DNA of 57,419 bases from Octopus bimaculoides (taxonomy: Eukaryota). The stretch covers positions 28,223,707 through 28,281,125 of the forward strand of contig NC_068982.1 of assembly GCF_001194135.2 (NCBI RefSeq), written 5' to 3'. Shown here piece after piece: positions 13,662 to 28,184 of the stretch; position 1 is the first letter of the stretch, and the number at the start of each line of letters is the position of its first letter. A program made the position numbers and the translations under genes. The notes below the pieces were generated by a model, which worked only from the letters and a program-made list of their open reading frames with translations, was not told the origin of the DNA and did no database searches.

Positions 13662-13877
13662 CGAGGGGTTTGTAGTTGAAAAGTTCCTGGCTTTAAGAGT
13701 ATTCCGAAAGGCCTGGTTGGAGGCCCAACTTTCAGGTTCTTTTACAGGGCTTAGAAAACCCGAAGGATCGCTGCAATAAATGTGTGAATCTGAGAAGGGA
13801 ATATATTGAAAAAGATCATAATTAACTGATACTTTTTTCTTTTTACTCAACGCCAGGAAATTTTTAGCACCCCCTTG
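13662..13877 (+). mobile_element. Internally deleted mariner element
   Basis: TA flanks at 13660-61 and 13878-79; imperfect TIRs CGAGGGG..TGAAAAGTTCCTGGC / GCCAGGAAATTTTTAGCACCCCCTTG; interior encodes LQGLENPKDRCNKCVNLRREYIEK, like the mariner transposase C-terminus. Confidence 0.8.
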
Positions 13878-13878
13878 T

Positions 13879-13984
<106 letters not shown>

Positions 13985-14122
13985 ACACACGTGACATAAG
14001 CAGTTAAGAATTTTTTTTATCATGAAGTATTTATAACTATGGCCTGCGACAAAGAAAGGGAATAATTTCCTATTATGACGTGTTGAAATCTTTTGTCTCC
14101 CGATTTCGCCATTGCATACATA

Positions 14123-14334
14123 CAGGGTGTCCACAAAGTCTGGGTACATGGGATTAACACATACTTTAAGAAATTATTATTATTTCTTATATTTAACTGT
14201 TTATGTTTTGATTTTGTTTACTCCATGTATCCATATGGGGATTAACACATACTTTAAGAAGTTATTATTTCTTATATTTAATTATTTATGTTGATTTTAT
14301 TTACTCCATGTACCCAGACTTTGTGGACGTCCTG
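14123..14334. mobile_element. Tc1/mariner-type MITE with an internal tandem duplication
   Basis: TA flanks; 29-bp TIRs CAGGGTGTCCACAAAGTCTGGGTACATGG with 2 mismatches; interior is two copies of an approximately 88-bp unit. Confidence 0.85.
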
Positions 14335-14671
14335 TAGAACGATTTCTGTTAATTTGAAATGTAAAATAAGCACTTAACAAAATTTTCACTAGAACATAAG
14401 AAACCTAAAAGACATCAATGTTTAATACTTCCCCTCATATCGTATGTGAAGTATAGGCAATAGCCAGCCACTCTGTCACTTAATGAAAGGATAGGTTGTC
14501 CTTTGTTTTTATGGCATGTCAGTATTGGAGAAAATCTTGAATGTTAAGAGTATTTCTCTTCTCAAGTACAATTACCATTTGGTAATTATGATAGATCTTC
14601 TGCAGGCGGAGAAAGTTTTAATAAATCAAATTTTTTTGCTGCGTGAGATTTGGCATATCCGTATATATGTG

Positions 14672-14715
<44 letters not shown>

Positions 14716-14847
14716 TATGTGTGTGTGTGTATGTGTGTGTGCGTGGGTATGTGCGTATATATGGATATATATATACATATATATTTATATATATGTATAT
14801 ACAAATATATATATGCATATACACATATACATGCATATATATATATA

Positions 14848-15010
14848 TATATTTAAGAATTTAAGGATTGGAGAAAACGCATGTTATAATTGCATACTTT
14901 ATTCAAAGATCCCTATGGATTACACAGGTTGTAATCCTTTGAAACATATGTAGGAATAAGGTATGCAATTATAACATGCGTTTTCTCCAATCCTTAAATT
15001 CTTAAATATA
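14848..15010. mobile_element. Palindromic MITE with perfect 50-bp arms
   Basis: 14848-14897 is the exact reverse complement of 14961-15010; inner hairpin GGATTACA-caggt-TGTAATCC. Confidence 0.8.
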
Positions 15011-15492
15011 CTCAAATACCCAAAATTTCAAGGAGTTCCTGCCTTAAAAACAGGAACTAAACCACAGTTTGCTGAAATAGTCATCGTGATGAAACCATAT
15101 ACTGAAAAGAAATAGAATATCAAGAAAAACGAATGGGCAAAGGGATTTAAGTTCAATTACAAAATATCATAATAGTCATAAATCGCTTATAACAGAGTTA
15201 TTTGCTTGCAGCATAACACCGAAGTTAGCAGCTAATTATAGAATATATATTAGCTGCTTCCGCTGAATTTATTGCCCGTATGAGAGAAAAACAAGAAAGT
15301 AAAGAACATAAAAATGATAACCAGCAGAATGCGGATAATGTTTTATGAAATAGTGAGTGAGCCATTCAGCTTGATAGCAGAGAGGCCATTGAGAAAACAG
15401 ACATATAGACATATTCATACATAGAAAAATATGCAAATACGCACATATAGAGACACTCACAGACACGCTAATTCAGAGGTATGTAGATATGT

Positions 15493-15592
<100 letters not shown>

Positions 15593-17500
15593 ACACGCTA
15601 ATGCAGAGACATATAAATATGTGCGTACACACACGCACAGTCACAAACACATACGTATACATATAAATAAATAGACATGCATATGTATGAATATATGGAT
15701 GTTTGTGTGTGTATATATATAAACATCCATATATACATACATATGTATGTCTCTTTATTTATATGTATACACATGTATGTATACAGAAAAATAAGAAAAT
15801 AGAAATAAATCAATTAATAATTATTTACACGACTTTTGTACGCTCCGTACACTTACACACAAAACTATAAAAATGTAATTCATATCTTTTTTCTACCTCC
15901 GACGCGATTCAACTTTATAATGTTTTAATTATTCTAATTTCTAAAGTTTGAATCGAAACAGCTGTCAGAGTTTATGTCTATTTTTGTAATTAATAATTAT
16001 TATTAACTGATTTATCTCTATTTTCTTATTTTTCTTCTTTCTGTCCATTTCCTTCCTAAAGAAAAGACATGCCTCGCCTGTTTCCTTTCATGGCTCGTCT
16101 ACCTAGCGTTCATAATATTTTTTAGAGTGTCAATAATTGTTAGGATGCAGTATTTTCTGGAAGACACGGGCCAGTCGTTGCAATGAAGTCCGATATTAAG
16201 GATATACTTTCATGAGAATTTCTCGACAATAGAGAGGCCCAACATGGAGAGCGATTGTAAAGGACCTAGAGCGGGTAGGAACCACAACCCGCTTAATTAT
16301 ACATGCTGATCGTACTTAAGTAGGGGTATCGTGCGACCAAGTTTTCTTATGGAAGCGTAATGAGGTTTTAACTTTTTACTGTTGGCCATTAGCGCAAGCT
16401 ATTGAGATCCTTGTTTATCAAGTCAGGCATGTTTGAAATATAATTCTCCATTGCAGTAGGAGAGAAAGAAAGAAACTTAATAACAACTATTAGCGACTCT
16501 AAAAAAAAAAAAGCTGGGTTGTAATTTTAAAATTGTCTAAAAAAAGTTTTAAATGATTTGACAGTAAATTTTAATTAAAATTTTATGCCTGGAGAAATTT
16601 CATTTTTGTTAGTAGATCACATGGCATTCATCTGCGTATCCATTCTTCTCAGGCTTCCTTTGTTCATTAACTTTGATAATGTATTCACTCAATGATGCAG
16701 GCAGAAACTCTTGGTAATTCTTTTTCTACTCGTAAAAGTTTCCATCCACAAACCAGAGCCAGCATAAGAAAGTTAGCAATGCTGGTGAGTTTGTAATAAA
16801 ACTGAGAAATGCTTGTGATCGAAACACATTGTCTGTTAACGAAGATCAGGTTTTCTTGAAGCTAGAACGTTAAATATTTGTGAAATTAGTGATTATCTTT
16901 TCGTAGATAAATAATCTCTCCTTTTCTTTTTCAACAATTACCACTTGAAGAATTTCGTTTCTACAGCTAAAATGCAAATATCAGTCCATATAAATCTTGT
17001 TGCATGAGTCATTCAGTGCATCACAAACTATATGTACGCATCTCCTCCACACAATCACACACGTATGCATACACAGAAATAGTTCGATTATCGCTCTGGA
17101 TAAGCTTCTAAAGTATATATTTTTAAAGCGCTAAAGTAAACAGCAGTGTACAGAACCATTATCAGATAGCACTGAATTACGAGTTTCACAGGCTTATTCT
17201 AAACTGATATACAAATGATAAAGTGTCATAGGCGTCACTAAACTACCGAAAAGTATCTAGTCACTCTGTCTCACTCTCCAAGTACTGAACAACTTAGCGA
17301 TATTACACATTATAATCTAAAGTTAGGACAAATGTAGAAACCAAATTTAAAGATTCGTTTTACACCCATATAGCAACTATATCTTACATTTTAACAAAAA
17401 TTTACTTCTTTGATTGGGTTCCTTTCTTTGCTGATAACAGTCGGCATGATGGAAACGTTTGTTTCCACCCATTATCTTTGAATGTGTGTGTGTGTGTGTG

Positions 17501-17575
<75 letters not shown>

Positions 17576-20060
17576 NNNNNNNNNNTATCTATCTATCTAT
17601 CTATCTATATATATATATACGATGTATATGTATGTGTATATTTGTACACACAAACACACATATACATATTATATACATTCATATACATATGTGTGTAGTG
17701 TGCACATGTATGACAGTTTTTATACACACGCAAACATTTATTTATCTATTTAAAGATACTAACGTGGTCACTGTTTTCATTTCCATTTTGGTTCGTAACG
17801 TTTCCATTTAAAGGAAACATAGATAAGATATTAATATATGTATTTATATATAGTTAAAACACGTATACATATACATGTATGCATAAATATATTTTTATAT
17901 CCTGAATAAACGAGCATTGAAGAAAGAAAAGAAGAGGAAACAGAAAGCATTTAGCCAAAGAGTACATTAAATATATATTACTTTAACATATTTTGCCCTG
18001 CCTCCTCATGTGCATACTCCCATACATACTAACACCAACGTGTGACATACAGACAGAGACTCATACGCATGGAAACGTGCATATATATATATATATATAN
18101 NNNNNNNNNNNNNNNNNNNNNNNNNNNNNNNNNNNNNNNNNNNNNNNNNNNNNNNNNNNNNNNNNNNNNNNNNNNNNNNNNNNNNNNNNNNNNNNNNNNN
18201 NNNNNNNNNNNNNNNNNNNNNNNNNNNNNNNNNNNNNNNNNNNNNNNNNNNNNNNNNNNNNNNNNNNNNNNNNNNNNNNNNNNNNNNNNNNNNNNNNNNN
18301 NNNNNNNNNNNNNNNNNNNNNNNNNNNNNNNNNNNNNNNNNNNNNNNNNNNNNNNNNNNNNNNNNNNNNNNNNNNNNNNNNNNNNNNNNNNNNNNNNNNN
18401 NNNNNNNNNNNNNNNNNNNNNNNNNNNNNNNNNNNNNNNNNNTATGTATATATATATGTGTGTATATATGCATGTATGTGTGTGTATGTGTATGTGGTGT
18501 ATGTGTGTGTGTGTGTGTGCATGTGTGTGCGTGCGTGTGTATGCATAATACTTATGAGAAGTAGTTAAATGGAACAAAAAGATAAACACGTGGTCTCTTA
18601 AGTAAGCATGAAAGTAAAGACTTTCCATATCGGCTTTATTTGTGCAGCACTTAAAGTAATTTCTGTTGGGCATTGAATAAAATCTGCTCTATAGATTCGT
18701 CATGATCTCTGTTGAATATTTGCTGTTAAATTAAATATGCTTTTGAAGCGTTAAAAAAGTTTTGCAACCTCCCTTATGTAGATTTAGGAGTGTGCTGCTG
18801 CTGCTACTGCACACAGAAACGTCTTTGACTGCATTCAGCAAAGAGCCACTGTCACTTGGCTGATTAGCATAAAATCATTCACAGACATCCCTTAGCATCT
18901 GGCCGACAGCATCTGGTGTGCTGTCTCTCTTATTTGCAAATAAAATGGCCCCTGTTCCGCAGTTCTGGCTGGGCTTATACTATTGCTTCTCAGGTATTTC
19001 CGATCCACTCGTCTCTTCTCTTTTCATGGCCCTTGCTGTATGCATTTCTCACGTCCCATATTCATCACTACATTCAGAACGTCAGTCTTATGGAATTCTC
19101 TTTCTTCTCAAGTCTTTCTCGCATGTTTTGACTAACAAAGGTTCAAGAAGAACGTTGAGGGAATACACCACACCAGTCTTGAAATGTCTCTGATGGCCAT
19201 AGACACTCCAAAACCAATAAGTAAAAGCTATGAGTTTATTCTGTTTCTTTAGTGTTTTCATTTTGTTTTTGTTGATTATTTCTGAAAAGTTTTCTTACAT
19301 ATTTTTTAAAGAGGTGGTGTTGAAATTAAATAGTGCTTGTCAGAATTAATCGAAGGTTATACTTTAGGCTCATATATTATTAAAATTGACAAAGTGGAAC
19401 AATGTCAATGACCAGCTCACTTTTGTGTGACGGAGATGTTGATACCCCAACAAATAAATAATAAGTGAATTTAATAGTTTTAGCGTGTTTTGAAATGTCG
19501 AAAATGGCTTTACCATTTTTTCACAGTATAAAAATTGGTTTGATGGTTTAGCAGTGAGAATTGCGTCTTCAGCAAACTTAACATTAGATTGATGGGAATT
19601 GTAAGTGACTGACTCAAAAGAATGTCAGAATGTTCCCGATTCAGCACCATAAGAACTTAGTTTTATTGTATTTATCATTCATTCAAGAAAGAATAAAACC
19701 GGAAGCGGAGAATCAAAATGGAAGTAGTTACATTCCAGCTTTTCCCAAGTCAAAAAGTGATGTCAGTGATGTTAGAAGTCCATAAAACTTTAACGTAGTA
19801 TTGCACATACGAAGTCATTCGACTTAACTAGAGTGCTTGACAACAGTACCAAAAACATAATAATCTGGAGGCTATAACATGTAAATTACAATTAACGTAG
19901 CACTACAGTAAATGAAAAAAAAAAACGATTGTAAAATACTTTGGGTCACATACAGTAAGTGACGGTTAAGAATAACAGGGACGTTGATAGAGTACGTTTT
20001 TGAGAGATAGTTAGATAGCCTAAGGAGGGAAATAGATATGTATATATGAATGTGTGTGTC

Positions 20061-20104
<44 letters not shown>

Positions 20105-20128
20105 TGCATGTATATATGTATAATATGT

Positions 20129-20223
<95 letters not shown>

Positions 20224-20602
20224 CAGAGATAGATAAAACAGAGAAAGAATTGGTTCTGATTTATTAGCTGCCGCGTAAGAGAGGTTATATTGAGGGAAAA
20301 AACAAAAAAATAATTGATGGAGCGTTTCTGAAATATAGAACGTGAGAAAGATTCAAAATGTGGAAGTTAGCGAAAAAGAGAAAGTAAAATGCAACGGGAA
20401 GATTGACAGAGAATGATAAAAAGAAATTATACAATGAGGAAAATATTTGAGAGGTAAAAGACGAAAGAAAAAAAAAAAAACAAGACAAAAACAAAACAAA
20501 AACAACAAAAAACAAATAAACAAAAATCAAAAATGTATTGCCTGATATTATGATGTAGGGTGGGAGTGAGAAAAATGAAGAGAATGGTGAGAGAGGGTGG
20601 AA

Positions 20603-20633
<31 letters not shown>

Positions 20634-20696
20634 ATAGAGATAGGGAGAGAGTGAGAGAGAGAGAGAGAGAGTGAGAGAGAGAGAGAGAGTGAGAGA

Positions 20697-20727
<31 letters not shown>

Positions 20728-23158
20728 TGAGAGGAGAAAGAGCTATAATGAAACGAAATAAGTGCTGTAAAAGGTACATAGAACAAAACTATCTCAAGTG
20801 TTACAAAGGAAAAGGATTGTTAATATTTAGCAGTAATTTTTAGGGTTAATTTTTTCGCTTTTTCGTGCCACATTTTAAGAGAGAAGTAGGGAGGCTAAAC
20901 ATTCTAGACTCATCTATTTCTGTCATATAATGAAACTATGTGATACCCAAGCATGGTTTCATCTCCGCACCTGTTGCTATGAACATTGTAAATAAGAAAG
21001 TAGACAACAAGAACAATAAAAAAAAAGAAACCGAAATAAAGTTTTCTATTTTCAAAGGAGGAAGGAAAATAACTTTTCTTTAGCCCTTATTTCATCTTTC
21101 TTTTCAAAGGAACTAGCTTGCTTGGTTTTCTACTAAATACGGAAATAAAACATGGTTTTCATTTAGTTTAGACTACTACGCGAGAAGCATATTAAATTCT
21201 TTGTAATCTAAAGAGCTTTGAAGGGAAATGGGCAAATAAAAATTATAGCTAAATTTATAAAGTTGATAATACTTGGAGAAGTATGTTTATTAACTTCAGA
21301 TTTAAATCCCGATAAGTGATACAAAGCAACAAGAACAAAATGTGAAAATGACTACACAAAGCGGAAGACGATATATGTCAAAATTCGGTATTTTTAGGAA
21401 TATCAAGTCACATTAAGCTGTATCTTAGTTTACCTAAATAATTGAAGGAATGAAGAATGAGGTTGGTTGAATTCTCAATGCATGTTACAACTGACATTTT
21501 TTCACAAGATTTTTATTCTGCAGCATGAAAACAAGACGTTAAAAGAGGCGAGGGAAACTTCAATGTTTGTATCAACTAGAAATGTCACATGAAGAAGCAA
21601 CTCTACTGAAGTTAGAATGATGAGAAACCTACCACAGTATATATGTATATCTGAAAGTGTAGATATACTAACATTTACATGAATCAAATGTCAAGTATGA
21701 ACTGTAAAGCAAACACCAGGAGCAATATTACAAGGATATATAAATAGAGATGGTGGGAAAAAGATTAAAATTCGCCAAAATTCTGTCATTACTATTCGCC
21801 AAATGTTTCTTCACTTTCTTAAACTTCGACTTCATTCAAATTACCATGATCTATATTCGTCTTTAAGACTTTATGAATATATTGTATGCGTTTATACACT
21901 ATAAAAATATTGCCTTATTTCTATATGAAAACATATATCAATTAGCATCATTGTAATACAAGGAAAAGAAATAAAAATAATATACTTTTAGAATTTTCTT
22001 CTCCTCACGAGAATGGTAATTGCTTCAAGATTTTGAAGAAAATGGTGCTGCTAAGATAATATAACGTTTTAAATATTGTTTAGCTTGAGAAAAAAAGTGG
22101 CTATGCTTATAGCATTTGCAGGTCTTCCCAGACTCGTGAGGTCTGTGCAGTAGATATACTTTGTAAATTTCTGCAGACAGATGTAGGAAAAATGGAGATA
22201 GGGAGGTAGAGTCAGAAGATTAGAGATGTAGGATACAGAAATATGTCCGTGACACTTACTAGCATGCGAGTAAGTTGTGGTTGCTAATTATTCTTCCACC
22301 CCTTTCTACAAGATGTTATTTAAATTGAACTTTTCCACATATATAATTGGAAAGAGACAATTGGACGTACCGTATTCTATGGTCTCTTGTAAAAAGTTAT
22401 CAACTGACCAAAATAAAAGCATAATTTGGATCTGAAGAAGAAGCGTAATCTTTGGAGTGTGTTTTTTGCTAACGTATAAATGTGCTGTTTTGAAAGGTCA
22501 TCAGATCTTGCAACGAGCATTTGTAAGAAAGGTTAGGGAGAAGTAAAGATAACCATATTTGTATGGTCAGACATCATAGCGAATATCTCTTCATTGTTGA
22601 TAATAAACAAACGAGCTGGAGATCAAACAGGACGACTGAGTTAGTTACATTGTAGTTGAGAGAAAACCATATTGACCCATGTTACGATGAATTAGTCAAA
22701 CAGGAAATGGACGAGAAGTGGGTGTAGGCTAGATGCAAACAAATTTGCTAGGATGTTTTGTACCACACATGGTGAAGGTATTGATATTATCAAAACACCA
22801 GTATTGGTTTAATTACATGTACGAGAGACTGCTGTCACACAGGAAATCTTGTTTCCGCTAGAGTTGGTCCTACCCTTATGGCCACGGAGAATGAAAAACA
22901 ATTGATAACAATGGTGGTTGTTTGTGGTGTTGGAAGTATGATAGTAAGTGTAATAAACCGGGAATAGTTTAGGTTCAGATAGATTAGCTTTTTGAGAATG
23001 AGTCTCAATCATGCGTTTTAATCGAGCCAAAGTACGTACAAGGTTTTGCACTTGACTGTTTGTACATATGGTGATTGAAGATTGGACGTCGAGAACATAG
23101 ATTAGGCAGAGGTTTTAATGATAGCTGTATGTGTACTACATGTGTTGCTTTGTATCTA

Positions 23159-23233
<75 letters not shown>

Positions 23234-23329
23234 TAATAGAAATTGGAGCAAAGGGTTAATAAATGTTTTAATGTGATTATATGACCATCTCCGTTTTTGT
23301 ATATCAGACTCAGGTTGTATATTGGCCTA

Positions 23330-23700
23330 TGTACCATTTACTTAGATAGCAGGGAGTGATCCAAAGAAGATATGCCTACCATTTCGAACAGGTCGATTCT
23401 TAATGTAGCGATTTTAGTGGAGAGATTTCAGTTGAGAATTTTTTGTTAACAAGGTAAGGCAAAGTTTAGGAACAAGAATGTTGAATATAGTCTGAGACAA
23501 GAAAGTGCGATGCATGCAACTACCGCTTATTCTGTTGGTCTGATTTCCGGATTTTCGATTGTAAAGGAACTCCATATTTTTCGATGGAATAAGAGGGAAT
23601 CTCCTCCGGGTATTGTAGATGATATTAACTGCATGATTGGCTGTTTAACTATAGGTCAATACAGCCCAGCATTCATTCAGACAATGTGTACAACATTATA
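23330..23700 (-). mobile_element. Highly decayed LINE AP-endonuclease remnant
   Basis: Minus-strand, frameshifted motifs in the expected order and spacing: GGDS (GDFN-like, about 23600), RIDLF (about 23395), LDHSLL (SDH-like, about 23355). Confidence 0.35.
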
Positions 23701-24527
23701 CCATCTTATATGTTCTTTCTTTAAAGACGGTAGGTTGTGATTTGAAGGAAAGTTTCCCAGACACCCTCTCGTTAACTCCTGAGGAATTGATGTATTAGGG
23801 ATTCAGAAACAAAAAATTAGGTGTTTAGCTTTACACACTTTCTTAGCCGTCTGAAGCAGTGACTAATAGAATTGGAGGAGCTGTAATCATTTAGCTGACT
23901 TGATATATCAAAGAGTTGGATATTATTCCACAGTGGCTTGCTTTGATATTGCGATTCTCTGAAGATAAAAGGACTATAATCACCGAGTAAAAGATTGATC
24001 TGAAAGTAAGAAATGAGTGTTGGACGAGTGAATTACTGTAGTGATCTGGATCTGGGATTTCAGAAAACATCGAAATTAACTGGTGCAGACAGTTCACGGT
24101 GTCAAACATTTGAGCCCCCAACGTCAGCTGCTACGGTATGGGAAGATGACAAAATGTATTTTATTCATTCAGTTAGTAGAAAGAGAAAAGAACTGTAAGG
24201 GATTCACGGATTGAGAACAGCTAAGTAACAACAGCTCTAACCAGAGATAATTTTATGAAGAGCTAAACTGCAGTGTATTTAAGAAAATAAATAGAATTAT
24301 ATTCATATTGTAAATCGATGAACTAAAGAAATAAATAATTCCATATAGAAAAAATGAAAGCTTTTGTTAAGTGAAGTACTATAAACGGGCTCAGATACGT
24401 GGTTAAGAATTTTACTGCGCAATCTCATAGTTGCCATTTCGATTCCAATGCGCCTATACATTGGGTAAATGTCATCTGTCATCTTTATTTGACCAACAGA
24501 TTGTAAATATATAGGTTTCAAATTTTG

Positions 24528-24705
24528 GCAAAAGGCCAGCAATTCTTGGAGAGGTGTGAGTCGATTACATTGACTCCAGTACTAAATTGGTACTTATTTT
24601 ATCGACCCCGAATGAATTAAAGGCAAAGTTGAACTCAGTACGTAAAGACGGACGAAAACCGCAAAGCACTTTGCCTGACATGCAAACGATTCTGCCCTCA
24701 CCGCC
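24528..24705 (-). mobile_element. tRNA-derived SINE family A
   Basis: ggtacttattttatcgaccccg...aaaggcaaagttgaactcagtacgtaaagacggacgaaa...aacgattctgcc; minus-strand A-box-like GGCAGAATCG. Confidence 0.75.
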
Positions 24706-25875
24706 TTACATTGTGAATATATATTATTAACCTGTAAACAACGACTTACATGTTTCTCACAATTTGTGATACAAAATAAATAGATAAATGAATAAATAAA
24801 TAAATAAATAAATGTCTGAAATGAACTAGTTGCAAAAATATTTTTTAGTTCGTTCCCATCACTGGTTATATGAGAAACGACCTGATAATAATTAATTAGG
24901 AAACTATCAAACTACAGAAGATAGTTATCTTTTTTGAGTAATATATAGATCCTTGCTCAGCCATTAAAAAAATATGACTTCGTTTTTACAACGCTTTTAT
25001 GAGTCGTCATATTTTTATTGTCTTTTATAACACTTTTAAAGCATACTAGCAGGTCATTCAACTTCCGATATTATCTTCTTGAAGGAAACGCAGCAGACAT
25101 CACATAAGACATTTTGAAACTAAATCGGTCGTATGCTTCTAGAACTTTTTTTAATATAAGTATCATACATGTGTGTTTATTAGAGCGTTAAGCTTCTCGA
25201 CCTGGGCTTAGAAATCATAATCATTAGAGTAAACTGAAGCTGTATGTATGAATTATCTTAAAACTTTCCACTTGTTAACTTAGTAGCTATTTGTAATTAA
25301 GTGACTTCAGTTTTATTGAAGAAGGAACGGAGACAATGGGGAACTTCTGTTGCTTTCAAAGAAATTTAAGAATGTAAATGATTAGAGTTATGAAAACTGA
25401 CAAACAAGTTTGTTTCGTCGGAAATTTAGGCAAAGTGGCTTATATCTAAGAAAAAACAAACAAACAAACAAAAGAAGACCAAGACGTGCAGTGTCAAAAA
25501 ATACAATTATGGTTCATGACCAACCAAGGGAGGTTCTACGCTTGTGGTTCACAGCAATTTTGATTTTGTGGAGATCAAATACAGTTCTCTTGGTGTACTC
25601 CGTGTAGAAAATTAAAGCTATTATTTGTTTATTTAATCGTATTTGTGTATAACAAAATTGTATCTGAAATGCTTTTTGATACGTCTCTCCCAAAGTCTTA
25701 ACACATACTTTTAAATCGTAAATCCTTAACTTATACCCGTAAAAAGTTGCGGCGCTACAATCTGCCGCTGATCGCCGTTTCAGGACCACTGTTCTACACG
25801 GTTGCAGCCCAATACTTCTCAAATCAGAAAATACAAATGAAGAAATGCTCGTGACCGGAATAATTTTGGTTTCAG

Positions 25876-25962
25876 GTGTACTGGATCAGCATCGATCACG
25901 GGCTGCATCAGCAGTAACACCAATAACATCAACAACGATACAGCTCATGACTTGAGAAGACG
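25876..25962 (+). other. Candidate 87-nt exon (unassigned)
   Basis: ttttggtttcAG acceptor and G|GTAACT donor; one open frame CTGSASITGCISSNTNNINNDTAHDLRR; CpG-rich neighbourhood. No homology recognised. Confidence 0.2.
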
Positions 25963-26365
25963 GTAACTTTTCTACTCTGTCTTTGAGAAATACTACGAAT
26001 TGCTTAAGGAAGATTTGTAATACTCAAAGCAAAAGTGATGCAAATTATTAATTTTGGTTCAGATCTCGGTTTGCTCTGATCCAGCGTATAATCAGTGACA
26101 TTCAAGTCATGACTTCACCACATTTATTTCAGACCTAATACATCTAAGAGTATATTATTTAATATATCCCTCATATTTTTAAAAGACAGTAAGGTGTAGT
26201 TTGAGGTAGATTTGGCTGATAAATCGCATGAAGTTACTTTCGTGGACTCGTTTTTGATACAAATTCAATAACATCAAATGAATACTGAGTTAAATGAAAT
26301 AATTTGTAAAAATCATCTCTGAAAGTATAAATATGATCGTATGTCTCCTGACAGAAAAGTTTAAT

Positions 26366-27100
26366 GCTAGCGAGTTGGTAGAATCGTTAATGTCGGCAAA
26401 TTGCCTTGCAGTATTTGCTCCTGCTACAAATGTTCTTATTTCAAATCCTGCTGAGGTCAACTTTGCTTTTCACCCTTCCAAAGCATATAAAGTACATCAG
26501 TCTTACAAAGCATATAAAGTACAGTTTCACTGTAAACGATCATCTGCCATTCAAAACTGCGTGACTTACCATGAGAGAGTCTGATAAATAGCTTTGCCAT
26601 TCATCCTTTAGGAGTCGATAAAATAAAGTACCAGTCTTAAACTGGGGTCAACCTAATCGACTAGACCCTTCCCACCAAAACAGTTGCTGGCTTTGCAACT
26701 AAATTAGAAATCATAACGGTGGCAAGCTGGTAGAATTTGTTCCGGCAGTTTACATACTGGTTCAAATCTCACCTAGGCCAGCTTTGCCTTTTATTCTCGA
26801 AGTTGATAAAATAAAGTACCAGTCAAGTACTGGGTAGATGGTATCGACTTACTCCCTCACCACACAACTGCTGGCCCCTTTCCTAAAAGAGAAACCCTTA
26901 TTAGGAAGTCGATATAATAGAATCGTTAGAGCGAGGGACAAAATGATTTGTGGTTCTATACGATCTTTTATGTTGCGAGTTCAAATTCCGCCGAAGTTGA
27001 CTTTGCTTCCAATATATCTGTGGGTCGGTAAAACAAAGTACCAGTTAAGCATAGGTGTCGACATAATTATCTATACTACTTACCGAAATTTCTACCCATT
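26366..27100 (+). mobile_element. Head-to-tail cluster of 3-4 SINE family A copies
   Basis: Heads recur near 26370, 26718 and 26910; the body gataaaataaagtaccagt recurs near 26615, 26805 and 27030. Confidence 0.7.
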
Positions 27101-27172
27101 TAGTTCCACATTATATCGACCTGTACCGCCCTCAATGTTTTTTTCTGAATCCTTAATGCTTAATAAAGAATA

Positions 27173-27670
<498 letters not shown>

Positions 27671-27822
27671 CATTATCTTTATACACTGGTAGGCCATTAA
27701 AATAAACACACCAGATTGTTCATTTACACAGTCATGTAATAGAGGAAAAGGGGAAGAAAGACAGGAAAAAATAAAAAATAAAAAATAAACAATGAAAATA
27801 AAGGGGAAAAGGGAAAGAAAAT

Positions 27823-28100
27823 TCACAGTGACGATGCTCTTCTCAGTACGTGTAATGTACCAGTTAAGACGATCTTTTGCACTTCCTCTATGGATGATAA
27901 GCCAGGGATCATTCTTAAATAATTTTCAGTTTCTTTTTTGATCATTCCATTTGCTCCCATAATCACTGGCATTGTAACTGCCTTGAGATACCACGTCTTT
28001 TCGATTTCGATTAGCAAATCTTTATATTTTATGAGCTTGTCAAATTCTTTTGCCAAAATATTATGGTCACAGATGAACATAAGTACACGACTTCATATCT
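27823..28100 (-). mobile_element. 5'-truncated R4/Dong-like non-LTR retrotransposon (C-terminal restriction-like endonuclease region)
   Basis: CDHNILAKEFDKLIKYKDLLIEIEKTWYLKAVTMPVIMGANG...EVQKIVLTGTLHVLRR matches the KxxKYxDL...PVIxGAxG...QKxVLxGTxxILR C-terminus of RLE-type elements. A (TAA)n array lies about 150 bp downstream. Confidence 0.75.
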
Positions 28101-28184
28101 GTATACATACATACATACATACATACATACACACATACATACATGTGTATATGCATATATATGTCTGTTAAAGATTGTCATACC

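Noticed and set aside
15227-15258. 10-bp hairpin AGCAGCTAAT/ATTAGCTGCT
   Set aside because: Isolated and too short to support a function.
17425-17465. CTGATAA...GAAACGTT hammerhead-like string
   Set aside because: Stems I and II do not pair.
18780-19210. GC-richer block that looked like a transposase remnant
   Set aside because: All frames I translated are interrupted, with no diagnostic motif or TIR.
20285-20900. 164-aa and 119-aa hydrophobic minus-strand ORFs
   Set aside because: Produced by GA/CT repeats and A-rich low-complexity sequence; no coding signature.
22080-22230. Strong minus-strand acceptor at 22171 as exon 2 of the signal-peptide gene
   Set aside because: No downstream donor before a stop in the phase-1 frame and no recognisable protein.
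23940-24020. Minus-strand acceptor and LLGDY motif as an exon or endonuclease GDFN motif
   Set aside because: The phase-1 frame stops after six codons, and the motif is too far (about 585 nt) from RIDLF.
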